From: a virus
Taxonomy: Duplodnaviria; Caudoviricetes
DNA length: 39,926 nt
IMG/VR virus record: IMGVR_UViG_3300049917_000278
Span: 1-39,926 of that record
Strand: one strand, 5' to 3'
In this document: in pieces, positions 16,899 through 24,641 of the stretch
How the letters are laid out: every line of letters starts with the position of its first letter
Numbering within the stretch: the first letter of the stretch is position 1
Translations under genes and position numbers: made by a program
The notes under the pieces: model-generated
Told to the model about the DNA's origin: nothing
What the model saw: only the letters and a program-made list of their open reading frames with translations
Databases searched by the model: none

Positions 16899-17197
16899 TC
16901 TCAGACAAAATAAAAAACAAACTCAAAGCCGATGGCGTTCAACTTGATTTTGATAAAATCAATACCGACAGCATCACGCGAAACACCCTGAAATCCGTCA
17001 AGCGCCAGGCCAATCTAAGACATGGCGGTCACCAGCTAGCGAATGAACTATCTTTTGGAAGATCGAATAACCTCGGTGATGCCAATGCTGCCTTGAACGG
17101 CGCTCACCATGAGCCGCAAGTCGATTTTTCTGAAACAGCCCAGGAAATCAAAATCCGCAAAGCCGCTGAAAAACGCGCTAGGCGGGCTATGAAATGA
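16895..17197 (+). CDS. Hypothetical protein
   Basis: 100 aa; ATGA-coupled. Confidence 0.7.
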   Translation: MISDKIKNKLKADGVQLDFDKINTDSITRNTLKSVKRQANLRHGGHQLANELSFGRSNNLGDANAALNGAHHEPQVDFSETAQEIKIRKAAEKRARRAMK

Positions 17198-17379
17198 AAG
17201 TCTCCATAGTCTATGATCCAAAATCCAAACGCATACGTGCCCGATGCGAACAAGGCGGGTGGGTTAGATTTCCCAAGAACCTAAGACAGCACGGCACTAC
17301 GTATGAAGTTGAGAATTTGATTCCGGCAAGTGCTGGGAGTTGGATTGTTAAGGGATCCATTAGAAAGATTGAAGCATGA
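17194..17379 (+). CDS. Hypothetical protein
   Basis: 61 aa; coupled. Confidence 0.65.
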   Translation: MKVSIVYDPKSKRIRARCEQGGWVRFPKNLRQHGTTYEVENLIPASAGSWIVKGSIRKIEA

Positions 17380-17738
17380 GAACACTTACCGATAATGAAA
17401 AAGAATTTCTTATTAATTATACCGACGAATGTGAAGATGACATTGAAAAGGTTCATCAAGCAGTGAATTTGATTCGGGATGCATCAATCCAAAGCCTATG
17501 TGAAGTAGTTTTGCATCCGAAATCAAATTCCATTTGCAGTGTCATCGCTCATTATTTGAATGATAATGCCGACCGGCTTGGATTCACTGAATCCGTTGCG
17601 GTTGAAAAGATGGCACGGGTTAAGCGAGCTCCATATGCCATCAATCAATTCATTCTGAATCCAGCCGAATTGACTTTTATTGAAAAGGTTCAAACCGATA
17701 TAATTGAGAAAGTCATGCAAAAAGGATTCGGGGAATGA
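17376..17738 (+). CDS. Hypothetical protein
   Basis: 120 aa; coupled. Confidence 0.7.
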   Translation: MRTLTDNEKEFLINYTDECEDDIEKVHQAVNLIRDASIQSLCEVVLHPKSNSICSVIAHYLNDNADRLGFTESVAVEKMARVKRAPYAINQFILNPAELTFIEKVQTDIIEKVMQKGFGE

Positions 17739-17938
17739 CCGAACCCACCTACGTGATAATCACAATTCCCCAAATCGGGGAAGTGAAAATTAAAAGCACT
17801 ACCGAGTATGGGAAAGTGAATTTTTTCCTGGGCTATATAGAGGGATTGAGGGAATTTACAGTCGATTGGCAATTTCCTTTTGAACCTGTTCAAGCCATCC
17901 GAAACAAAGCACGCGACATGGGGATTTTGGAGGAATGA
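17735..17938 (+). CDS. Hypothetical protein
   Basis: 67 aa; coupled. Confidence 0.65.
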   Translation: MTEPTYVIITIPQIGEVKIKSTTEYGKVNFFLGYIEGLREFTVDWQFPFEPVQAIRNKARDMGILEE

Positions 17939-18144
17939 ATTTTAAAGTCGGTGACCTAGTTAGGCATAAATATCTGAAAACTTCTCCTATAATGTGTGTT
18001 GAATCTCACCATGATCAATTGTGTATTGGATCTGGTATCCGGACATTTTATGCGAGAGTTTCATGGTTTGATTCACATGGAGTTTTTCAGCAAAATTCAA
18101 TGGAACTTGAAATGCTGATAAGACACGGGGACGCGGTGGAATGA
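17935..18144 (+). CDS. YodC/DUF2158-like small SH3-fold protein
   Basis: FKVGDLV......P.M.V.....WFD..G pattern. Confidence 0.6.
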   Translation: MNFKVGDLVRHKYLKTSPIMCVESHHDQLCIGSGIRTFYARVSWFDSHGVFQQNSMELEMLIRHGDAVE

Positions 18145-18148
18145 AAAC

Positions 18149-18325
18149 ATGACCATTAAAGCCATGATGATTTGTGATTCCTGTGGAAATGAAATCCAGG
18201 CTGACATTAATGAGCGTGGATATTATTTTGCTCCGCATTGGCATCGAGCAATATTAAATAACGGAGAATTCGCTGATTTTTGTAGCACAAAATGCTGGCA
18301 GGCTTGGTGGGCAAAAAAAGGATAA
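18149..18325 (+). CDS. 58-aa zinc-finger protein (not in ORF track)
   Basis: MTIKAMMICDSCG...DFCSTKCW...KKG. Confidence 0.7.
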   Translation: MTIKAMMICDSCGNEIQADINERGYYFAPHWHRAILNNGEFADFCSTKCWQAWWAKKG

Positions 18326-18335
18326 TCAACTCGGT

Positions 18336-18480
18336 GTGTCATGGCACCGCGCGACTGGTGCTTAATCTTATGACGGGTTCGAACCGCTTACCAACTGCAT
18401 AAGACTATCCGCGTCCGGTGCATGTTCCAGGTCACCGATGTTTCCCAACCGGCTATTCCAGCTTCCACGCCTCACGACAC
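18336..18480 (-). ncRNA. Candidate structured ncRNA with tRNA-like D-loop/T-loop module
   Basis: Nested stems with G.U pairs only on the - strand; contains CAGUUGGUAA and GCGG-UUCGAAC-CCGU; the 5' end coincides with a TTGACA-N17-TAGATA promoter. Confidence 0.65.
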
Positions 18481-18486
18481 TCAACT

Positions 18487-18515
18487 TATCTACTCGCATT
18501 TTCCCCAAATGTCAA
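18487..18515 (-). promoter_or_regulatory. Sigma70-like promoter for the candidate ncRNA
   Basis: TTGACA (18515-18510), 17-nt spacer, TAGATA (18492-18487). Confidence 0.55.
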
Positions 18516-18557
18516 TCCATTCAAGCCCATACTCAGCTTGACTTTCACGTCTTTTTA

Positions 18558-18594
18558 GTGCAAATTTAGAGCTCCAAAAATGGAGAATTTGCAC
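18558..18594 (+). promoter_or_regulatory. RBS-sequestering hairpin upstream of the exonuclease gene
   Basis: GTGCAAATT..CTCCA-AAAA-TGGAG-AATTTGCAC, immediately before the ATG at 18596. Confidence 0.6.
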
Positions 18595-18595
18595 C

Positions 18596-19480
18596 ATGCC
18601 TATTATCAGGAATCTGCCAGCGGATGCCTATTGGGATCATCCTGCCGTATCGTCGACCACGTTGAAGAAATATCGCCTTCCTACCCGCGCACATACTAAA
18701 CATCAGATAGATAATCCAAAAACGGATACTGAAGCCCTCATTCGGGGACAGGTGACCCATTGCCTTGTTTTGGAATCCCATCGCCTGGATCTTGATTTTG
18801 TGATCGAGAAGGAAAAGCTTTGGCATAAGAACAAGCTGGCCAAAAATGGGGGTAGCAAAGAAGAATGGGCTCTATTGAAAAAAGAGGCAGAGGAAAGACT
18901 TGTTCCCCTGGTTTCAAATAAAGTCTGGGTTCAAGCCCAAGGCATGGCAAATAGCATAAAAAGTTCGGAATATTGGCAGGATGTAGCCCTATCTGGCGAA
19001 AAGGAATTATCCATTTTCACTGAAATCAAGGGGGTTCCGGTCAAGGCCAGGCTGGATGCGAAAATAAGAACCGCAATCCTGGACATAAAGTCATGCCGTT
19101 TTCACATTACCGACAAGAAAATAAGGTCGGTCATTGCCGAACTTGGATATCACATTTCCGGTGCTATGTATCTCGAGGTCGCAAAAGCTGCAGGACTTGA
19201 AGTCGATTGCTTCGTTTGGGTATTTGTCGAATCCTTTGAGCCATACCTTTGCCGATTCGTCGAAGCGACACCGAAAATGCTGGAAATAGGTAAGCAGGAA
19301 TTCTATATTTGCCTGGAAAAACATGCCGATTGTATGCAATCGCAAAGCTGGCCTGGATATCCTCAGCTGGATGAAAAGAATAAAATTCCCCAGCTGGATT
19401 TGCCCGATTGGTATTCAATGGATTTTATAACTGAGGAAACATATGAATCAGATAGTTCCGATGAATACGACGACTACTGA
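18596..19480 (+). CDS. RecE/exonuclease VIII-like PD-(D/E)XK nuclease (DUF3799-like)
   Basis: Y..HPA.SS..LK, G...H..VLE, E.S......KARLD, DIKS, Y....A.Y, FVE...PY and WPGY motifs. Confidence 0.9.
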   Translation: MPIIRNLPADAYWDHPAVSSTTLKKYRLPTRAHTKHQIDNPKTDTEALIRGQVTHCLVLESHRLDLDFVIEKEKLWHKNKLAKNGGSKEEWALLKKEAEERLVPLVSNKVWVQAQGMANSIKSSEYWQDVALSGEKELSIFTEIKGVPVKARLDAKIRTAILDIKSCRFHITDKKIRSVIAELGYHISGAMYLEVAKAAGLEVDCFVWVFVESFEPYLCRFVEATPKMLEIGKQEFYICLEKHADCMQSQSWPGYPQLDEKNKIPQLDLPDWYSMDFITEETYESDSSDEYDDY

Positions 19481-20450
19481 AATGATGGCAGCAACCCCAG
19501 TTCAACGAAGCTTGATCGATGTTGAGCAATCTCGGGCAATGCAGCAAGTCCAAGGTCAAATCCTTGCTGCCAAAAGGGATCCGCGCGATACCACGGCCGC
19601 CTACACCCGGATCATGAAGCAGCTGGAAAGGCCAAGCCTTGCTGAAAAGGCGCTCTATTCCTATCCCAGAGGTGGGCAGATAGTCAGCGGTGCATCGATT
19701 CGTTTGGGGGAATTGCTGGCACAAAACTATGGAAACATTGACGCTGGTATCAGGGAACTGGAAAGGAGGGAAGGCAGATCAATTTGCGAAGCTTACTGCT
19801 GGGATTTGGAAACCAATTTCCGCATGACCAGGCAGTTTGAAGTAGCTCACATACGCGACACCAAACAGGGTCCGAAAAAGCTCACCGATGAGCGTGATAT
19901 CGATGAGATGGTTCTCAATAAAGGCGCGCGCCGCATGCGTGCGTGTATCCTTGCCATCATCCCTGCCGATATTGTTGAGGATAGTATTGAAAGATGCCGA
20001 AAGGTCATGTCATCCAAGGAAAGTCCGGAACCACTTAAAGACCGAATCAATAAAATAGTCCTGGCCTTTGCTACCGTCGGCGTCACCCAGGAAATGATCG
20101 AGGAAAGACTCGGTCATCCGATCCAGCAAATTATTCATGACCAAATCCCTGATCTGCAGGGTATTTATAATTCACTCAAAGATAAAACAGCCAAGCGGGA
20201 AAAATTCTTCTCTAAGAAATCTGACACCGCTGAGATTCTTAAAAGTTCGCCGGCACCGGAACCAGCGCCCATCCCTCAAGACACGGTCGATGAACAACAC
20301 CGGCAGGACATGCTGAAAAAGGTCATGGATAAGATCCAGGCCAGCGGGATAGACCAGACCGAATTAGTTGTCAAAATCGGAATGCCTTTCAGCATGCTGA
20401 AAAATCAGGATATCAGGGAATTAACCAGGATTTATGGGGTACTGAAATGA
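19443..20450 (+). CDS. Putative single-strand annealing protein (recombinase partner of the exonuclease)
   Basis: 335 aa adjacent to the RecE-like gene; PRD...A..Y.YPRGG....G.SIRL.E....YGN and R.RACIL..IP motifs. Confidence 0.6.
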   Translation: MNQIVPMNTTTTEMMAATPVQRSLIDVEQSRAMQQVQGQILAAKRDPRDTTAAYTRIMKQLERPSLAEKALYSYPRGGQIVSGASIRLGELLAQNYGNIDAGIRELERREGRSICEAYCWDLETNFRMTRQFEVAHIRDTKQGPKKLTDERDIDEMVLNKGARRMRACILAIIPADIVEDSIERCRKVMSSKESPEPLKDRINKIVLAFATVGVTQEMIEERLGHPIQQIIHDQIPDLQGIYNSLKDKTAKREKFFSKKSDTAEILKSSPAPEPAPIPQDTVDEQHRQDMLKKVMDKIQASGIDQTELVVKIGMPFSMLKNQDIRELTRIYGVLK

Positions 20451-20638
20451 AAAAATTAGACCATGGGCAACTACTTGATGCGAAACTGATTATGGATAAT
20501 GTGATAGGAATGTGGCAAGAACTTGAGCAATTGATTCCCGAATGCCTCCATCATCGCTTGGAATCATGGGCTCAGGATTTCGAATCACAGCTGGCTGATT
20601 GCGATGTTTCGGATCGATACGAGGAAATTCAGAAGTGA
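20447..20638 (+). CDS. Hypothetical protein
   Basis: 63 aa; coupled. Confidence 0.65.
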   Translation: MKKLDHGQLLDAKLIMDNVIGMWQELEQLIPECLHHRLESWAQDFESQLADCDVSDRYEEIQK

Positions 20639-20793
20639 AATATCAAGTCACCGACAAGGATCTTGAGACGCTGAAATTTCTCTTGATGAGAGGAACAGAG
20701 GAGAATCTGCTATTGAAGCTTTTTTTCCAGCATTGCTTTAAAGAGTGGACTGACACCCTTGACGTGATTGAGGTTGAAAATGAACCTAATTGA
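20635..20793 (+). CDS. Hypothetical protein
   Basis: GTGA-coupled start with a GAGGA RBS. Confidence 0.6.
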   Translation: MKYQVTDKDLETLKFLLMRGTEENLLLKLFFQHCFKEWTDTLDVIEVENEPN

Positions 20794-21025
20794 AAAGCTG
20801 GATCATTATATTTCTGAAACTTCTCATTTTTGTGACCCTTTATATGACGCCTACCCAAAGCTTAGGGCTGTCGTGATTGCGGCGAAGCTTTCAGTCATCA
20901 ATATCAAAGATGGCACAAATATCGGAGTTTATCGGCACCTCGGCAATGGAGATACAGCCATAGATGGCCAAAATTGGCATCATCTTAATGATTCTATTGC
21001 TGCATTGGAGGAACCGGTTCCATGA
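20780..21025 (+). CDS. Hypothetical protein
   Basis: Start MNLIEK with a GAGGT RBS. Confidence 0.65.
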   Translation: MNLIEKLDHYISETSHFCDPLYDAYPKLRAVVIAAKLSVINIKDGTNIGVYRHLGNGDTAIDGQNWHHLNDSIAALEEPVP

Positions 21026-21059
21026 CTGAAAAAATAAACCTTGCGGGGTATTTTGCAAA

Positions 21060-21329
21060 ATGATCACTGAAAGACCACCAAGAGACTTTGTCAGGGAATA
21101 TAATGGCGCTCACGTTGCTGATCTAACCGGTATGCTGGTGAATGTAGCGGCTGGTAATAGGCCGGATAATGTGGTGAAAGACGATTTGAATTTCACCAGT
21201 ATGGATATTGCCGGTTTGATTTTTGTCATTCTGCAGACTGCAGAGAGATTCATTGGGGAGGGGTTCACCGATATTGTGATCCAATCACTATCGGATTTTG
21301 ATAAGGACATGGTGGAAAAAAGATATTAA
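21060..21329 (+). CDS. Hypothetical protein
   Basis: 89 aa; last gene of the rightward operon. Confidence 0.6.
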   Translation: MITERPPRDFVREYNGAHVADLTGMLVNVAAGNRPDNVVKDDLNFTSMDIAGLIFVILQTAERFIGEGFTDIVIQSLSDFDKDMVEKRY

Positions 21330-21697
21330 ACCCACCCATTGACCTTGCACAGTTCCGTCAAATCCTCCATTGACCGGATCACATAGTAAGAACCTCCCGA
21401 CCGGCGAAACCGTTGGGAGAATTCAATCTGAGACTGCAGGATTTTCCCCTTGGGGGACTTCACTTCAATTCCGATGCTCATCCCATCGATCAAGCCCAGG
21501 ATATCGGGAACACCGTTTGGCCTGAAGCGGTTGTGGCGTTTTCTCCCGGCAACATGGAAGCTGTCGTTCTGCCAGAAATAGCCCTGCGTAGCCTCATTCA
21601 GATAGTCGATGATTTGATTTTGGAGGAACTTCTCTGATACCCAATCCTTTAAAGCCAAAGCTTCAGGCTTGTCTGATACATTGCCTGTTCTTCCCAT
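21326..21697 (-). CDS. VRR-NUC domain nuclease (putative Holliday junction resolvase)
   Basis: E..LQ..I..YL, GVPDI, IEVKSPKG....Q..F and GG.Y.VIRS..D motifs. Confidence 0.88.
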   Translation of the reverse strand: MGRTGNVSDKPEALALKDWVSEKFLQNQIIDYLNEATQGYFWQNDSFHVAGRKRHNRFRPNGVPDILGLIDGMSIGIEVKSPKGKILQSQIEFSQRFRRSGGSYYVIRSMEDLTELCKVNGWV

Positions 21698-22686
21698 TGT
21701 GAATATCCCCCTTCATATTCAAACCGTGGCCGAATCATCCAGGAAAAGCCAAGCCCGCGCCTTGCGACTGCAGACTTTGCATTTTCAAGGGCATCGTATT
21801 CATAGAAAAGGTCCAGACCTCGGAAAGGGAAAAAGCCCATTCGACCGTAATTGGTTCGCACCGCTTTGGATGGGTCAAGGTCTTGCTGCAGAAATATGTA
21901 AGCGTGTTTTTTGGCTACTCGGAGTGAATAGCCCTGAAGGGTGTTAATGCCATCGGTTTGACGGTTATGAATGCCAAAGTCGATTCCCTGGATTCTCAGA
22001 AATGAGAGTTGCCAGAGGAGCTCCTCGGGGTTCTCGGAGGTATTCTTAGGCCAGTTGTCCTCATTCTTTTCAATCCGGATATCACGGCGCGCGGTTATCA
22101 GTTTGGCCTGGATCCATTTGCTTGTGTATGTCAGCTGACCGATGAATTTTTCTTGTCCTCTGCCAAACCCTTGTCCCTTTTTGATCGAAAGATCATGGTT
22201 ATTGAGGCCAATCCCAACAACAGGGATCCAATAGCCGAACTTCCAATCCAGATGATGAGAGTTATCAGTGACATGGTAGCTCACATAGTAGTTTCGCGTC
22301 TGATAAGTCCGGTCACGTCCAAAATATCCAGCGCTGCCAAACAGAGTAAGCCCAGCATGTCTAATGCCCAGTTGAGCAACTGTGTACATAGGGAACTGGT
22401 CGCGTTTTCCTGTCCTTGCATCTGTCAACTCCATGGAGCGATAATGCAGCATCAAGTCCACGCTGTCGGATTCGGCCATACCCAAAAATTCCCTGGCTTC
22501 TCCCTCGCGGGCAAAGCTTGCCATGAATTCTTCTGTCATGGCACGGCCATAATTATTGATTGCATCACCGCCATCTACTGATAGATGGCAGGTGAGGCAA
22601 GTTTGGTAGCCGTGGACTATAGTTTGAGGATAACCCGAACAGATGTCAGCGATCAATAGAGCCAGTAATGATAATAGTGTCCGCAA
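21649..22686 (-). CDS. Predicted outer-membrane beta-barrel with N-terminal CxxCH heme-c motif
   Basis: Signal peptide; YP....GY..CLTCH....GG.....YGR; amphipathic aromatic-rich strands; C-terminus YQTSLKLWL. Confidence 0.72.
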   Translation of the reverse strand: MRTLLSLLALLIADICSGYPQTIVHGYQTCLTCHLSVDGGDAINNYGRAMTEEFMASFAREGEAREFLGMAESDSVDLMLHYRSMELTDARTGKRDQFPMYTVAQLGIRHAGLTLFGSAGYFGRDRTYQTRNYYVSYHVTDNSHHLDWKFGYWIPVVGIGLNNHDLSIKKGQGFGRGQEKFIGQLTYTSKWIQAKLITARRDIRIEKNEDNWPKNTSENPEELLWQLSFLRIQGIDFGIHNRQTDGINTLQGYSLRVAKKHAYIFLQQDLDPSKAVRTNYGRMGFFPFRGLDLFYEYDALENAKSAVARRGLGFSWMIRPRFEYEGGYSQWEEQAMYQTSLKLWL

Positions 22687-23128
22687 CGGTAATCCCTTTA
22701 TAACTGGCCTGAGTGATACCGAAATCTTTAGTGTTTAGTTTGATCGCAAAAGACCAACCGATGCTCGACTTATTGGCAACACCTTCAATAGGTTTTTCCA
22801 CGCCGTGAAGGGTCATCTTTCCGGTGAATTTTCCGCCATCTTCCGGCATTGGATCCAGCTTGAGCGTTGCTTTTGGAAACTTTTTAGTCTCGAGATACTT
22901 TTCGTGCATGTGCTCCGAACGAACACCCGCGTCAAGCTTTGTCATGTCGACGGTGAATTCCCCCGATACCTTTCCCGCCGCTATCATTGGCTTGCCTTCC
23001 ACCACGCACCCGGTGCCAGTGAATTCGAGGACACCAATCGAGGCACTTCCGGCAAATTCACACTTGCCAGCGGCTATGGCAATACCGCTTCCCATCAATA
23101 AACCGATAGTCAACAAGCCTTTGAGCAT
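22646..23128 (-). CDS. yceI: YceI-family (lipid/polyisoprenoid-binding) periplasmic protein
   Basis: Signal peptide; R..HM....LET.KFP.A, G.MTLHGV.KPI, DFGI and V.D.I motifs. Confidence 0.9.
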   Translation of the reverse strand: MLKGLLTIGLLMGSGIAIAAGKCEFAGSASIGVLEFTGTGCVVEGKPMIAAGKVSGEFTVDMTKLDAGVRSEHMHEKYLETKKFPKATLKLDPMPEDGGKFTGKMTLHGVEKPIEGVANKSSIGWSFAIKLNTKDFGITQASYKGITVADTIIITGSIDR

Positions 23129-23192
23129 GGGATAATCCTAAAAAAGTTTTTGGTTCGGAAATTTGGATCATTTGAGCATAGGAAGGCTTGGT

Positions 23193-23306
23193 ATGCAAAA
23201 GAAAAAAGATGACGCTATGGTCCTGGACATGGATTTCCTCAAAAAGGATATCCATACCCGGCTTATGCCCAGCGTACTGATTCCAATTGTCAAAAAGCCT
23301 AAATGA
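23193..23306 (+). CDS. Possible 37-aa peptide divergent from yceI (not in ORF track)
   Basis: AGGAAGG RBS; MQKKKDDAMVLDMDFLKKDIHTRLMPSVLIPIVKKPK; fills the gap between yceI and the endolysin. Confidence 0.4.
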   Translation: MQKKKDDAMVLDMDFLKKDIHTRLMPSVLIPIVKKPK

Positions 23307-23682
23307 CCTTTTTCTTTTTCAGTTCTATCCATAGAACACGCGCTGTTAGCCGATTGTCTATGTGAAAGTGTTTCGGATAAATGCCAATGGAAAAGCCAAG
23401 GGCACTGGCCGCTGAAATGAACTTGTGCTTTGTCGCGCCATCCCAAGCGGTATGATCGATATCGACTGCCTGCCCTAAAAGGTGCATGGAACTGGAAGCA
23501 CCACCTTTGATGGCATTGTATTCCGGTGTCCGGAATCCGGAACTGATCACAAAGCTCACGCCTACCACGGTCCGAAGCTTTTGCAGTTTATAGATGAATT
23601 CGGCTTGCATCCTGGCCGTCTTGGTATCGGGTGACCAGAACTCATCCTCGTAGAAGTCAGTGCTTAGTTTTTTTCTGCTCAT
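23299..23682 (-). CDS. Endolysin, peptidase M15 family Zn-peptidase
   Basis: ISSGFRT..YN...GGA.SS.H..G.AVDI and FHID motifs. Confidence 0.9.
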   Translation of the reverse strand: MSRKKLSTDFYEDEFWSPDTKTARMQAEFIYKLQKLRTVVGVSFVISSGFRTPEYNAIKGGASSSMHLLGQAVDIDHTAWDGATKHKFISAASALGFSIGIYPKHFHIDNRLTARVLWIELKKKKVI

Positions 23683-23980
23683 ATGATTTCAGCACCCCCT
23701 TCAATTCATCGTATTCCCTTTTCAGCTTTGCGTGGTCCGCCTCAAGATCGAAGAACTTCTTTCGGTATTCCAGGAGCTCCTCTTTCATTTCATCCATATC
23801 TTTATTCATCTTTTCCACCTGTTCGTTAAGGTGGACCAGGATTTTATCCTTCTCCGTTGCCTCATGTTTCATTTTTTCCAGGGAATATCCCGGAAGTTTT
23901 CGCATCGCATAGATCAGTGCGATGATACCAAGTGAGATTGGACTCAACTCCTTCAACTGCTTGAATAACTCAGCTTCCAC
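23657..23980 (-). CDS. Holin-like (or i-spanin-like) protein with one TM helix and a coiled coil
   Basis: ISLGIIALIYAM helix followed by a coiled coil; overlaps the endolysin; GGAGGT spacing favours the GTG at 23980. Confidence 0.55.
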   Translation of the reverse strand: MEAELFKQLKELSPISLGIIALIYAMRKLPGYSLEKMKHEATEKDKILVHLNEQVEKMNKDMDEMKEELLEYRKKFFDLEADHAKLKREYDELKGVLKSYEQKKTKH

Positions 23981-24004
23981 GCCAATCACCTCCCTTTTTT
24001 ATAG

Positions 24005-24040
24005 AAAAAAAGAGCAAGGCAAAAAAATTTGCCGTTGCCC
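24005..24040 (-). terminator. Rho-independent terminator upstream of the lysis genes
   Basis: GGGCAACGGCAAA-TTTT-TTTGCCTTGCTC followed by T7 on the - strand. Confidence 0.7.
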
Positions 24041-24096
24041 TGCATTCATCTTCAATGGAGGTAGAAAAAAAAGATCTCTCGCTGCATACCGGTATT

Positions 24097-24294
24097 CTAC
24101 ACGGGTTCCGATATCGCATCAAAAAAATCTTGCTGAGACTGAGAGAAAACTGTCCGGCATATTGAACAAACCAGACATTCGTCCTGATAAAAAACATAGT
24201 CATCGCCGAGAAGCACAACTGTATCAAACGGCAAGGTCACCTGCCGTTTCATGGGAGCCTTCTTCGATATATAGTCAGTCCGATCTGTCAGCAT
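24097..24294 (-). CDS. Hypothetical 65-aa protein (CxxCxxC)
   Basis: Starts about 10 nt after the cytochrome gene; ECLVCSIC. Confidence 0.5.
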   Translation of the reverse strand: MLTDRTDYISKKAPMKRQVTLPFDTVVLLGDDYVFYQDECLVCSICRTVFSQSQQDFFDAISEPV

Positions 24295-24303
24295 TTCTCT
24301 ACT

Positions 24304-24636
24304 CTATTCGGAAAAAAAATTTAGAAACTTCGCCTTATCCCCCGCTGGCAGTGGTTCGGCATAGGGTGGTGGCATGCTGGCATTCTGCACGCGTGCCTTT
24401 GCTGAAGATGCTATCAGACCAGCCTCTGACTTGACGAAGGCAGCACCAGCATGACATTCAGCACAATAGTTCTGCATGATACCTTGAGCCTCGGCGAAAG
24501 AAGTCTTTCCACCAGGCTGGGGTTTAGGGTTAGGGACCACTGGTCCTGGTTTAGGAGTTGGTTCCTGTGGCGCTGGTGCTCCGCAGGATAAGAGGAAACA
24601 GCACGCAAGAATGAAAAGCCTCATTGGTTTCCTCAT
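24304..24636 (-). CDS. Monoheme cytochrome c lipoprotein
   Basis: Lipobox LLSC, Pro-rich tether, CAECH motif and distal SMPP Met ligand. Confidence 0.85.
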   Translation of the reverse strand: MRKPMRLFILACCFLLSCGAPAPQEPTPKPGPVVPNPKPQPGGKTSFAEAQGIMQNYCAECHAGAAFVKSEAGLIASSAKARVQNASMPPPYAEPLPAGDKAKFLNFFSE

Positions 24637-24641
24637 GAAAA

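Noticed and set aside
8278-18325. Small CxxC proteins as additional cytochromes
   Set aside because: They lack CxxCH and export signals; paired CxxC motifs fit zinc ribbons/fingers.
18364-18406. Canonical tRNA gene or attP site
   Set aside because: T-loop and D-loop-like sequences are present, but there is no anticodon arm or CCA and no integrase; kept as an ncRNA candidate instead.
23058-24434. Alternative ORFs 23058-23255, 23168-23446, 23922-24434 and 23970-24227
   Set aside because: They overlap better-supported genes or a terminator in other frames and show no motifs.
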